Source of the DNA: a virus
Length of the DNA: 64,000 bases
Strand: one strand, 5' to 3'
IMG/VR virus record: IMGVR_UViG_3300008255_000002
The notes below the pieces were generated by a model, which was not told where the DNA came from, made no database searches, and saw only the letters and a list, made by a program, of their open reading frames with translations. Shown in pieces: positions 20,602 through 30,058 of the stretch; the first letter of the stretch is position 1, and each line of letters opens with the position of its first letter. The position numbers and the translations under genes were made by a program.

Positions 20602-21060
20602 TTACCAGTCAAATTTACGTTTAATAAATTCTACAAGTAATGTTCTTAGTACAATAGATTCTCCATAACTAATGCTATGCCCAACCTTTGTATTAACACC
20701 ATCTCTTTGTACAGATACTTCTAAAAAGAAGTTTTGTTTTTCTGTATTTTTTGTTAATTTAATAACTGTGTTTCCTTTTGGATTTTGGTGATATAATCCT
20801 TTTCCAAGATTCTCACGATATCCATCTAAAACTGTTAGTAGGGCACCAACATCATTTTCGTTAAGAAGTGCGGTAACATTATTATCCCAATCAAATTTGG
20901 CATTATCGTTATCGCTTGGAACTTCGTTTGCCATTACTAAAAATAACATTACTTTGTTAAATTTTTTGTCGTCCTTTTGAACTTCTTTTGTGCGGATCTG
21001 AAATTGCGATGCAGACCCTTTACCTTTAAACGGTTTATAAATTCTAAAATCTTGTGACAT
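20602..21060 (-). CDS. Whirly-like single-stranded nucleic-acid-binding protein
   Basis: IYKPFKGKGSA, FDWDNNVTALLNENDVGALL, LYHQ, FFLEVSVQ, ISYGESIVLRTLL...FDW match, in order, the plant Whirly motifs IYKGKAAL, YDWS.KQ.FSLS.TEIG.L, FFHD, FFNLSVQ, VTKAEFAVL...LGW as I recall them. Confidence 0.7.
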   Translation of the reverse strand: MSQDFRIYKPFKGKGSASQFQIRTKEVQKDDKKFNKVMLFLVMANEVPSDNDNAKFDWDNNVTALLNENDVGALLTVLDGYRENLGKGLYHQNPKGNTVIKLTKNTEKQNFFLEVSVQRDGVNTKVGHSISYGESIVLRTLLVEFIKRKFDW

Positions 21061-21857
21061 TATTTATTTCTCCAATTGCTATCGTAACCCTTAATATCCT
21101 CTGTAACTTCTTTATCGTTGCAATATTTTTGAATTTCATTAAGGATAACCTTAGCTTCTCTTTCGAGAATATTGCTGATACGGTCAAACTTCATTTTATA
21201 TTCTTTTTTAACTTTATTGATAAATTTACCAATATTAATATTTGTTTCTAATGCAATTTTTTCAAGAATTGATAGTTGGATTTCATTGATTACTTCAGAA
21301 GTAATATCATCTGAGGCGACACCATTAACCATTTCTTCGCTTGCATTACATTGAATTGCTAAAGCATTGATAAAACATCGGCTTTTTGCGCGAGTTTCTG
21401 CCATTGCCGTAACAAATTTACCAAACCTAGGATCTTGAATATTATATTGAACTTCTTCAAATCCAGGAAGTTTTTTCAGAATAACATATGCATCAGCAGA
21501 ACCAACAGAAGTTCTTTCAACTCCATCTTTACCTAAAATACGAATAGAATAAGTATTAGATGACATAATAACATCTGAATTGATAGTTGTTTGTCTATCT
21601 TCATCCTGATCAATAATATCACCTTCTAATAGATAAATTAATCTCCTTAATCCAAACATTCTAGGATTACCATAGCATAATTCGTCTGATGTTAAATGAC
21701 TTAATACATATTGTGTCCATTCAGGATCAGCTTTTGTTGACGTTCTTTTCTTTATTTCTAAATCTGAAGATGGTTCATCATCAACAACAATAACATCTGT
21801 TTCTTGTGAATCTTCTAGTTCAACCATATCTTCTATTTCTTGTTTTTTTCTTGCCAT
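21060..21857 (-). CDS. Rad52/ERF-like single-strand annealing protein
   Basis: GSADA...TAMAETRAKSRCFINALAI...SEEM core typical of SSAPs, plus helical C-terminal domain; TAATG coupling to Whirly-like gene. Confidence 0.6.
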   Translation of the reverse strand: MARKKQEIEDMVELEDSQETDVIVVDDEPSSDLEIKKRTSTKADPEWTQYVLSHLTSDELCYGNPRMFGLRRLIYLLEGDIIDQDEDRQTTINSDVIMSSNTYSIRILGKDGVERTSVGSADAYVILKKLPGFEEVQYNIQDPRFGKFVTAMAETRAKSRCFINALAIQCNASEEMVNGVASDDITSEVINEIQLSILEKIALETNINIGKFINKVKKEYKMKFDRISNILEREAKVILNEIQKYCNDKEVTEDIKGYDSNWRNK

Positions 21858-21862
21858 ATAAA

Positions 21863-22669
21863 TTATAACTCCAATATAATAATTTTTTCTTCTATTTTAT
21901 TTTCTTTAATATCTTCAATTTTTTGCAATATTCTTTCAAAGGCAAGTAGCATTTTTGTTTTACTCATTTTTTGAATATGTCTAACTCGCATAACACGATA
22001 GCCAAATTGAGTTAATAAACCATTTTTTTCTCTATCTCTTTCTTGTCTTTTTTTAAATTTTTCCGGTTCATTATATACATCGATCATGTGCGCGGGACCA
22101 TCAATCTCAATACATAATAATAATTCACGAATATAAATATCTACTCTTAAATCTTCATTTGGGATAAGTGCTGTTTTTTGTGTCTCAGAAAATATATTAT
22201 TTTTTCCTAATTCGTCCACAACAAACTTTTCAAATTTAGATCCGCTACGTGAAGTTGCATTAATAGCTTTCATTCCCCTTAATACAAACTCCTTCTTTTC
22301 ATCTTCCGTCAAACTATTATAGTATTTTTTGCCCCGATCAGAGCGTTCCTTTTTTTGGGATTCATCGAGTTCGTCATACTTTTTACTTAATGTTTTCCCA
22401 ATTTTTTCTTTTGTTTCTTCTGATCTTTTAGTTCCTTTAGTGGGTGATTCTCTTTTTCCTTGATCGTATAAAAGTTGACACGCTTCTTTTTTTGAACGCA
22501 TCTGAAATCCATAATACAAGAGAGCGTTTCTAATTCTCCATTGATCAGTATTTAATTCTACAGCAATTTCATATGTAGACATTTTTTTAACTTCAAAAAA
22601 CTCATTTAGTAATTCTTTACTCCATGTAGGAGCGATTGCTTTACGTCCCATAATCCACCCCGAATTCAA
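21863..22669 (-). CDS. Homing endonuclease-like protein: HTH + NUMOD3 + Vsr/DUF559 PD-(D/E)xK nuclease
   Basis: KGTKRSEETKEKIG (NUMOD3); SKFE...RVDI...IEIDGPAH...DREKN..L...GYRVMRV. Confidence 0.75.
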   Translation of the reverse strand: MNSGWIMGRKAIAPTWSKELLNEFFEVKKMSTYEIAVELNTDQWRIRNALLYYGFQMRSKKEACQLLYDQGKRESPTKGTKRSEETKEKIGKTLSKKYDELDESQKKERSDRGKKYYNSLTEDEKKEFVLRGMKAINATSRSGSKFEKFVVDELGKNNIFSETQKTALIPNEDLRVDIYIRELLLCIEIDGPAHMIDVYNEPEKFKKRQERDREKNGLLTQFGYRVMRVRHIQKMSKTKMLLAFERILQKIEDIKENKIEEKIIILEL

Positions 22670-23102
22670 AATCTGAAACTACATCTTTTACCTCTCTATT
22701 CCAAGCATTTTCAATGATTTTTTTATGTGAATATGATCTTACAACAAGTTCTAAAGATGGATGTTGGTAAATTGATGCTAAAAATTCATATGGCAATTTT
22801 GGGTTATATCGTAGCCATTCGAGATCCCAAATATAATAAATTTTTCTTTTTGGTCCAGGGCACTTAATTAATTTTTGGGCGGTACTCAAATTTGTAGCGA
22901 TTGCAGTCCCATTCCAGCTATAACCATATACGATGTTCATTAGAGAGAATGAATGTTGTATAGGTGTGTGTGATAAGTTCTCAAAAAAGATAGCGTAATC
23001 AATATTTTGTTTAGATATTTTATTTCCTAAACACATTGAATAGAACGATAATTGAGAAGCAAAAAGATCACTTACAAAAATTCCTAATTTCTTTCTTTTC
23101 AT
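22641..23102 (-). CDS. Glycosyltransferase-like single-domain protein
   Basis: 153 aa; IAT...TA...KIYYIWDLEW pattern resembles GT-B N-terminal lobes. Confidence 0.4.
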   Translation of the reverse strand: MKRKKLGIFVSDLFASQLSFYSMCLGNKISKQNIDYAIFFENLSHTPIQHSFSLMNIVYGYSWNGTAIATNLSTAQKLIKCPGPKRKIYYIWDLEWLRYNPKLPYEFLASIYQHPSLELVVRSYSHKKIIENAWNREVKDVVSDFEFGVDYGT

Positions 23103-23109
23103 ATATCCC

Positions 23110-23530
23110 TCTGTATATTAGTGAATGTTATCCTACATACTAATACACATCGGGATAGTTCTAAAGAAGTTATTTTTTAGAAAATTGCGCACCATCCCCT
23201 TTATGGGTGAGATAGGCTTTATTTTGGTGTTGTTGTGTTTGTTATATTAGTAATAATATTTCGTGTTTTTGCCTATCTCTTTACTATTACTATTCCCGAT
23301 TTTTAGGATTTTTATTATCTCACCACTAGGTTGTTAGGTTTAGAACATTGCCTAGTTTTGTCTTTGTGATACTTACCTAAAACATACATTAGCGCGAGGA
23401 TGGTTATCGCGTTGGGTCGGTAGGATTTTGCGTACCTACTCGTTTTCTACGGGAAATACACATTGGAAAACAAAAAAAACTGCAAAAAAAAGACCGTTTC
23501 GATGACGGGTTATTACCCGGTTTTTATTTC
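23110..23530 (+). ncRNA. Candidate structured non-coding RNA (family unknown)
   Basis: About 500-bp ORF-free gap with many nested inverted repeats; G-U wobbles fit the + strand; ends in hairpin CGGGT-TATT-ACCCG plus T-tract. Confidence 0.45.
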
Positions 23531-23599
23531 CACTGTATCAAGTGGCAATTTTGTTTGTTTGTGTTATATATCAATACACTATTGTATTTTTTTTATGAG

Positions 23600-24328
23600 T
23601 TAGTTGCTCAAAAACATTCCAGATTTGTCCAAACAGAGATATAATTTTTCTTCTCTCCATATCTCGTTAACTGTCGCCCCAACATGCAAACCTAATTCTG
23701 ATGGCATAGGTGTTTTAAGGGGAAATGGTTGATTATATCCGTGTCGCATCCAACTAAAAACAATTGGTTCTATAAATTTTTGATAGAAAAACCAAATATC
23801 AAAAAATACCATTGGTTGATTTAGTTTTGGGTATTCGTGAATCCGATATTTCTTATATATTTCTTGTATATTAGAATATATTCCCCCAACTAAACCGCAT
23901 ATACCGGGCATTATAATACAATTCGTATGTGCCGCGCAATCATATATAGAATGTGCAAGCATACCAGATTCTACCCATTCCGAAACCGCATCAGCTTCGC
24001 GTGGATTAACTCGCGAATCACAATCACGAAAGATAGCGCGTTCACAATCTTTTTCATCTAAAACATTATATCGCCACGACATCGCAGCATTACGAAAATC
24101 ATCTTTCCAGTTTTTATCATTAATTCTATCAACTCCCTTGATTGGTGGGGCAATGACCAATTTTATATTCATTTCCTCTAATACACTTAGAGCCGGGCAA
24201 TCCTCGGATATGTAAACTATAGGGGTCCACCCCGGATAGTATTTTTCTATTAGGGGAAGATTTTGCAACATCCCCTCACAATACAATTTTATATTTCCAT
24301 ATAATGAAAAACTTACATATTTAGCCAT
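23600..24328 (-). CDS. Putative GT-A-type glycosyltransferase
   Basis: SFSLYG...YYPGW...MSWRY...IFRDCDSR (DxD); start taken at MAKYV. Confidence 0.55.
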   Translation of the reverse strand: MAKYVSFSLYGNIKLYCEGMLQNLPLIEKYYPGWTPIVYISEDCPALSVLEEMNIKLVIAPPIKGVDRINDKNWKDDFRNAAMSWRYNVLDEKDCERAIFRDCDSRVNPREADAVSEWVESGMLAHSIYDCAAHTNCIIMPGICGLVGGIYSNIQEIYKKYRIHEYPKLNQPMVFFDIWFFYQKFIEPIVFSWMRHGYNQPFPLKTPMPSELGLHVGATVNEIWREEKLYLCLDKSGMFLSN

Positions 24329-25139
24329 ATATATAATCCTTTCCAAACTTTCTCTCCATCTTATACCCACATTCTAAATAATATAGAATGTCCACAATTT
24401 CAAACGCTTTACATCCTGTAATAGACCACGCTGGATAATTATTAGGATAATGAATTTTAGGTATTTTTGAATTTGATAAAGATATTTGTTTAAATATTCC
24501 TATAACCCAATTTAAAAATATTTCTGTTCCAACTATAGACAATTTAAGACTTTTAGTTCCAGATTTGTTTCGTATCCATTTTATACTTCCGTCTCCTTCT
24601 ATATAACCAACTATATAAGATAAAGATTGTTCTAAAGTTAGTTTATCGGGCGGCTTTAGCGTTAAACTTTTATTTTTTGTTATATTAAAATGATTTAAAA
24701 GATCTTCTCTCCATTGTTTTGCCGACCAAAAATTAACTCGGCACATTTTACTAATATTTCCACTTGGATTAATAACTTCATAGTCTTTGATAGGACCATT
24801 AAAATTTGTTGCAATTACAAATTCTTTTAATAAAATTTTATCTGTTCTTTTTATAGATATTCCAATTCCATTACCTTTACAAAAATAACCATCAGAAGCT
24901 ATTAAACCAGCCCATTTACAACTTTCTAAGTTTTTTATATTTGAAAAGAACCATTTATCAATATTATATTTGGAATGAGCCTGACTAAGATCAGTTTTTA
25001 ATCCAAGAAAACTAGCCATTCTTTGTATTGCTTGTTTTGTTCTGGTTGGAAGTAATTTTTCTATATCATATATAGTTATGTTGCTATAATAATTTTTTAA
25101 GATTTCAACTTCTTCTTTCGTCCATCTTTGTCTTTGCAT
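24321..25139 (-). CDS. LAGLIDADG homing endonuclease with N-terminal Myb/HTH
   Basis: WAGLIASDG and YIVGYIEGDG motifs; RWTKEEVEIL N-terminus. Confidence 0.85.
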   Translation of the reverse strand: MQRQRWTKEEVEILKNYYSNITIYDIEKLLPTRTKQAIQRMASFLGLKTDLSQAHSKYNIDKWFFSNIKNLESCKWAGLIASDGYFCKGNGIGISIKRTDKILLKEFVIATNFNGPIKDYEVINPSGNISKMCRVNFWSAKQWREDLLNHFNITKNKSLTLKPPDKLTLEQSLSYIVGYIEGDGSIKWIRNKSGTKSLKLSIVGTEIFLNWVIGIFKQISLSNSKIPKIHYPNNYPAWSITGCKAFEIVDILYYLECGYKMERKFGKDYIYG

Positions 25140-25288
25140 TTTTCATTTTTATCCTTGTCTATTTTTTTATAATATTCTTTATCTGTTGGAATTGGATCTG
25201 GAATGATTTTATGTGACGGATAATCCGTTCTTTCTTCTGGTTTTTGATTTATCATTTTATCTATATCTCCAAAACTATTTTTTTTCAT
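25097..25288 (-). CDS. Hypothetical protein
   Basis: 63-aa ORF tiling the minus-strand operon. Confidence 0.5.
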   Translation of the reverse strand: MKKNSFGDIDKMINQKPEERTDYPSHKIIPDPIPTDKEYYKKIDKDKNEKCKDKDGRKKKLKS

Positions 25289-25530
25289 AGATTATTAATT
25301 ATCTCCTCTAACCCAACTCTTAATTTTGATTCACACTTGTTGCATAAATCTTTGGTTAGTAATCGAGGATGTGGTTCATCATTTGGTTTAAAAACAATAC
25401 CATCACAATATACATTAAAAAGTTGTTGTGGTGGTGGTGTTTTATCAATATGTGGATAATAAGAATTTATATCCACAGTCACAATTTTAGCATTTTCATT
25501 TCCGCAAGCATCACATGTGCAATTTTTCAT
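25285..25530 (-). CDS. Small zinc-finger protein
   Basis: CDACG...DLCNKC. Confidence 0.6.
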   Translation of the reverse strand: MKNCTCDACGNENAKIVTVDINSYYPHIDKTPPPQQLFNVYCDGIVFKPNDEPHPRLLTKDLCNKCESKLRVGLEEIINNL

Positions 25531-25531
25531 T

Positions 25532-25798
25532 TTATTTTCTCCAACATTGATTTATTATATTGATAATTTCTGAAAGTTCATTAAGATCAAAATTGCTATT
25601 TTCTACAGATAATATATATGACATATTGTTATTAATATTAAATGATATCATTGCTAATAAATCTGTTGTTCCATTAACATTATATAAATCACCATAATTT
25701 CCAAAAATCTCAAATTCATATTTTTCGTTATTTCTAGAATAACCAATATCTTTCACTACTAATCTACCATAACACAAATGGTTAATTTTATTATACAT
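25532..25798 (-). CDS. Hypothetical protein
   Basis: 88-aa ORF with upstream AGGTG. Confidence 0.55.
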   Translation of the reverse strand: MYNKINHLCYGRLVVKDIGYSRNNEKYEFEIFGNYGDLYNVNGTTDLLAMISFNINNNMSYILSVENSNFDLNELSEIINIINQCWRK

Positions 25799-25883
25799 TT
25801 ATTTTATCAACACCTTTCACAAATCCTCTAATATAACTTTTTTTATTTTATCATGTACCCTTTTTGCACAATCATAACATAAA

Positions 25884-26369
25884 TCATGATGTTAAAACAC
25901 ACCCCCAAAAACGAGAAATTCCATCAAAATATGCATATTTTCCACCATTAATATAAGATGCTGAAATTGCTAACTTATTAGCTTTTCTGTTTAAAATTAT
26001 ATCGCGGTGCCCAATGCTTGAACCCATCCACATATTAAATGGATTTTTAACTGAATACTCACCCCCTAAAGCAAGAACTTCTGATGACCACGATCTATTA
26101 ATTCCAAAATCTTGCATTCTTTTGTGAAATGGTCGTCGCAAAGAATCTGTATGGCTGATCTCACCTGTTTTTGCGTTATCCTTTGTTATATAATTCACTA
26201 CATCTAATAAATTAGAATCAAACTCAACTAAACCTAGATTTCTACGTTTTCGTTCTTCGTTTAATATATTCACAAAATCGTTATTCAAATTTAAAATTTC
26301 GTCAGCGGTATATTCAAATACTTCGCTTTCTTTTATTTTTCTTCTAAAGAAACACATCGTAATCCACAC
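25884..26369 (-). CDS. CAP/SCP (cysteine-rich secretory protein-like) domain protein
   Basis: ILNEERKRRNL...ISHTDS...SEVLALG...WMGSSIGHRDIIL. Confidence 0.8.
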   Translation of the reverse strand: MWITMCFFRRKIKESEVFEYTADEILNLNNDFVNILNEERKRRNLGLVEFDSNLLDVVNYITKDNAKTGEISHTDSLRRPFHKRMQDFGINRSWSSEVLALGGEYSVKNPFNMWMGSSIGHRDIILNRKANKLAISASYINGGKYAYFDGISRFWGCVLTS

Positions 26370-26463
26370 CTTTCATAAAAACTTTTTAATTCTGGTTTTG
26401 CGACCAAAATTTATTTATATTATTAAATGATTTTTTCCATATATCTTGGATTTCTCTATTATC

Positions 26464-26497
26464 AAAAACGAGATTGGCGTCATAAACGCCAACCTCA
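26464..26497 (-). terminator. Intrinsic terminator downstream of rIIB
   Basis: GAGATTGGCGT-CATAA-ACGCCAACCTC stem with A5 on the left. Confidence 0.7.
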
Positions 26498-26543
26498 TTT
26501 GAAATAGTTTTAAATTCAAATTCATTATTTTCAATTAAAAATA

Positions 26544-27560
26544 TCATATTATCACCGTAAAGGTTTTTGTTGGATCATTATCTTGATAATCCGCGATATC
26601 TTTTTTAACAGGATTATTTATAATAATACCTAAATATGATATGTCTTCTTGTTCATCGTCACATTCATCATCTTCCTCATCTATATCAGATACACAATCA
26701 CAATTATCGATTAATTCATCACAACCTTCACAATATTCATCATAAAAGTATCTGTCATCTTCATCATCAATCATAAATAGATTATCAAATTCTTTTACTT
26801 TATGTTTATCTGTATATTTTGTTAAATCTTCTAATGATTTAAATTTACACGTTCTCATTTTTTGTCTATTATAATCTGTTGGAATTGCCACAACATCAGT
26901 GGGATCTACTTCAACAGATAAAATACGATTCCCAATACCTCTAGCATAATCTAATGTTGCAATATGTAAACCATTAGAACATGTTTTTTCTGGGTCTGGA
27001 TTACATTCACTTCTAGGCATTTCAACAGTTAATCCAGGAGATTGATCTATTGATTTTGTTTGATTATCTAGATATTTCTCTCCATTAAAATAAACACCTT
27101 TATATCCAATAAAATTACCATCATCAGTAATCGGAAAACCATTGTGGTCCAGGAATAAAAATAAATCGCTTTGCGCACGTGGATCTGGATTAGCTTTACA
27201 TTTTTCCCAAAATTTCAATAGTGCTCTAGCTTTTACCAAAGTATTTGTAACTTCAGAATACTCGACTAATCTTCCCCCTAAGCAATGAGGTAATTTTTCC
27301 CCGTTGATATACACATTATTATCTTGATCAACATTAAAAAGGTTTGATGTATGTTTTTTTAGGTACATTTTGATATCTGCTAAACATTCAGCACGATCCT
27401 CAATAGCATTTAAAATTTGTTGTTTAATCGACTCTGGATATTGATTGGCTTTTTCTGCTAATTTTTCAATTTTTTCTGCATTAGGGTGATTAATTGGTAA
27501 AACATAAGATTTCCCTTTGATTTTAGCGATAATACTTTTTGCGGCTTTGATTAGTTTCAT
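26544..27560 (-). CDS. rIIB: rIIB-like protein with acidic Cys-containing tail
   Basis: LFLFLDHNGFPITDDGNFIGYKGV...VEMPRSECNPDPEKTCSNGLH...VEVDPTDVVAIPTDYN..KMRTC; ATGA-coupled to rIIA. Confidence 0.85.
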   Translation of the reverse strand: MKLIKAAKSIIAKIKGKSYVLPINHPNAEKIEKLAEKANQYPESIKQQILNAIEDRAECLADIKMYLKKHTSNLFNVDQDNNVYINGEKLPHCLGGRLVEYSEVTNTLVKARALLKFWEKCKANPDPRAQSDLFLFLDHNGFPITDDGNFIGYKGVYFNGEKYLDNQTKSIDQSPGLTVEMPRSECNPDPEKTCSNGLHIATLDYARGIGNRILSVEVDPTDVVAIPTDYNRQKMRTCKFKSLEDLTKYTDKHKVKEFDNLFMIDDEDDRYFYDEYCEGCDELIDNCDCVSDIDEEDDECDDEQEDISYLGIIINNPVKKDIADYQDNDPTKTFTVII

Positions 27561-29680
27561 GATAGCACTCCATTCATAATACATTTTATTTTCTTTATTT
27601 CGTTGATTGTTTTCTTTTCTATTTTAACTTCTTTTTGTTTAGCATATTCAAGGAAATCGTTTTTCATTACATCGGTAACATCATTGTAATAAACATCTAA
27701 TGTTAGTAATGGGGCGATTTTTCTAATATCCTGATATACATTATCTATTATACCATTAATTTTATCTATCTTTTCTCTATATTCTTTATTTAGGTTATTA
27801 TCAAAGAATAATAAAGATTTAAATAAATTATATTCTAAAATTTCTGAATCCGGTATTGATATTTTGCTGTTAATTTTTATATATTCTAAAAAATAACTAT
27901 CTTTTGTTAATTCTTGTTTGAGCAAATCTAATAAATTTAATTTCTTGATTGATATATTGTGGATAATATAATTTGTTTTTGTTTTCTTGGAAATTGTTTT
28001 GTATAATGTTTTACATAAATCATCAAACCTTTGGGCTTTTTTTAGTTTTTGGTAGTAGGTTTTTGCAGCGCTATAAATTTTGACATGTCCCATAAACTCA
28101 GATATATACTTTATATGCATTAATTTTTGATTATGATTACATTCTATTTCTTCTGCATTAATACAAATCTCAGTAAAATCATCAGGGTCTACATATATAT
28201 ATTTATGATATGGTTTAGAATAACTATAATATTGTCCTAAACTTAATTTATAAACTCCTATTTTTTTGTTTTTATTACTTGGTCTGCCTGGGATTTTAAC
28301 ATCAGATAATTTACAATAGATATAATCGTCTAGTTTAGTAATATCTACCGAATTATCTTTAATAGATAAATAATAGATACTTTTAATAGATTGATTTTGG
28401 TTAAAGATTTCTCTCATTCTTTCTGTAATGCGATCTTTGGTGTCTTGTAAAACTAAGATAGATGATTCTGATGGGATAATCGTATTTTTATTTTGTTTAT
28501 ATCTACATCTCTTATCTGTTTTGTGGAATTGTTTAACGCTATATAATAAGTATTTTTTATCTAGTATTTTTTCGATATCCACTGTATACGAATCAATAAT
28601 TTTGTTTTTATATGTAAATAAATTTGCTGATAAACCCTCAAATTTATATTTAATTTTATATAATAAGCACTGTGCCTCCCACAAATTCTTACAATTATCT
28701 ATCTCTTTTTGTGTTTTTTGAATTAGAGAGGTCATTGTGTCTTTTATTTTTTTATTGATTAATTTTTTAGTTTTATTATCATACTGTATCTGTTCGCGAG
28801 AAATAGCTAAACTAATATCTCCTGTTTTAAATTTTAACACAATATCCAAGGATTTATTTAGAATATATCTTTTTATATCATCACTAATATTGCAAGATTC
28901 ATAATGAATAGGATATGGGATTTCATCCACCAAACAAAATGTATCTAGGATTAATTCTTTTGAATACAATCTATTTTTCATTACAATAAAATCATTTTCT
29001 TCTGATTCAATATAATGATCTTTAGAGTTTTTATATTCTTTTCCTTTAATAATTGGAGAAAGTTTCCAAAATAAAGAAACTTCTCGTGTATATTTTTCAA
29101 AACTAGTAAAATCTTTTGGTTCAACATTAACAATAATAATTGTGCCTGTTTGTTGATCTTCAATAGGATCGTCTTGTGTAATTTCTCTTCCATCATCAAA
29201 TTCTACTAATCTACAACTACGATCCTCCATTAACACACAAGTATATTCTCTTTTAATTAATTTTCCATTTTCATTAGCGATTGTACTAACAATAAATGTA
29301 TCAGTATATGCCCAAGGAGTTTTTGAGCCGATTCCAAAACCGCCAGTTTGGCTATTATCACTTGTTTTTGTTGATGCCCCAAATCCCTTGAAAACAAGAT
29401 TCATTCTTTCAGGATCAATGCCGGGTCCAAAATCTCTACATTCCCATGTTGATTCAAATGCGTTTGGTAATTTTATTTGAATTGGAATATCTTCTCTTCC
29501 AACTTCGCGATGAGCGTCGCGTGCATTAGACATAATTTCTTGACATAAAACTTTAATTGGATTGCTATATATACTTTTTCGCATATATTCCAATAAGAGA
29601 TTTATATCAGCTATATAGAAATCTGTTTCCTTAATTTCTCCATATCTTTTTACGGCGATATTACAATCTTCTAATTTCAT
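27557..29680 (-). CDS. rIIA: rIIA-like protein (GHKL/HSP90-type ATPase N-terminus)
   Basis: IYSNPI...QEIMSNARDAH, RDFGPGI, STK...GGFGIGSK, SREQIQY. Confidence 0.85.
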   Translation of the reverse strand: MKLEDCNIAVKRYGEIKETDFYIADINLLLEYMRKSIYSNPIKVLCQEIMSNARDAHREVGREDIPIQIKLPNAFESTWECRDFGPGIDPERMNLVFKGFGASTKTSDNSQTGGFGIGSKTPWAYTDTFIVSTIANENGKLIKREYTCVLMEDRSCRLVEFDDGREITQDDPIEDQQTGTIIIVNVEPKDFTSFEKYTREVSLFWKLSPIIKGKEYKNSKDHYIESEENDFIVMKNRLYSKELILDTFCLVDEIPYPIHYESCNISDDIKRYILNKSLDIVLKFKTGDISLAISREQIQYDNKTKKLINKKIKDTMTSLIQKTQKEIDNCKNLWEAQCLLYKIKYKFEGLSANLFTYKNKIIDSYTVDIEKILDKKYLLYSVKQFHKTDKRCRYKQNKNTIIPSESSILVLQDTKDRITERMREIFNQNQSIKSIYYLSIKDNSVDITKLDDYIYCKLSDVKIPGRPSNKNKKIGVYKLSLGQYYSYSKPYHKYIYVDPDDFTEICINAEEIECNHNQKLMHIKYISEFMGHVKIYSAAKTYYQKLKKAQRFDDLCKTLYKTISKKTKTNYIIHNISIKKLNLLDLLKQELTKDSYFLEYIKINSKISIPDSEILEYNLFKSLLFFDNNLNKEYREKIDKINGIIDNVYQDIRKIAPLLTLDVYYNDVTDVMKNDFLEYAKQKEVKIEKKTINEIKKIKCIMNGVLS

Positions 29681-30057
29681 CTATTAATAATCCTATATTG
29701 ACTAGGAAGACCTAAATAAATCCCGTTATACGTTTCTTTGTATTTAATGACTTCTATACATTCGTTGGGCTGAATTACAACCCCTAACTCTTTATTTATA
29801 TTTATTTCTTCTCCATCATCATAAATAACCTGGGAATTTCCCGCCCATTCGATATTTGTTCTAACATTTGAATGCAACTCAAATTCAACAAAAAACAAAG
29901 ACGTTATCCATACAAATAAACAAAAAGATACAAACAAACAAAAAAAAGATAATTTTGCATTACCTCTTTCAATTAACAAAAAACCAGATATTGATAATAT
30001 AAAACCTAAAAGTATAATAAGTAATATATCCATTTTCCATTCCTCTCCTCTAAACAA
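29677..30057 (-). CDS. Membrane protein with two N-terminal TM segments
   Basis: Two hydrophobic stretches followed by a soluble domain. Confidence 0.6.
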   Translation of the reverse strand: MFRGEEWKMDILLIILLGFILSISGFLLIERGNAKLSFFCLFVSFCLFVWITSLFFVEFELHSNVRTNIEWAGNSQVIYDDGEEININKELGVVIQPNECIEVIKYKETYNGIYLGLPSQYRIINR

Positions 30058-30058
30058 A

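Noticed and set aside
23103-23599. Group I intron, tRNA, tmRNA or CRISPR array as the explanation of the gap
   Set aside because: No group I P7 core, cloverleaf or regular repeat-spacer pattern seen; flanking genes do not look like halves of one gene
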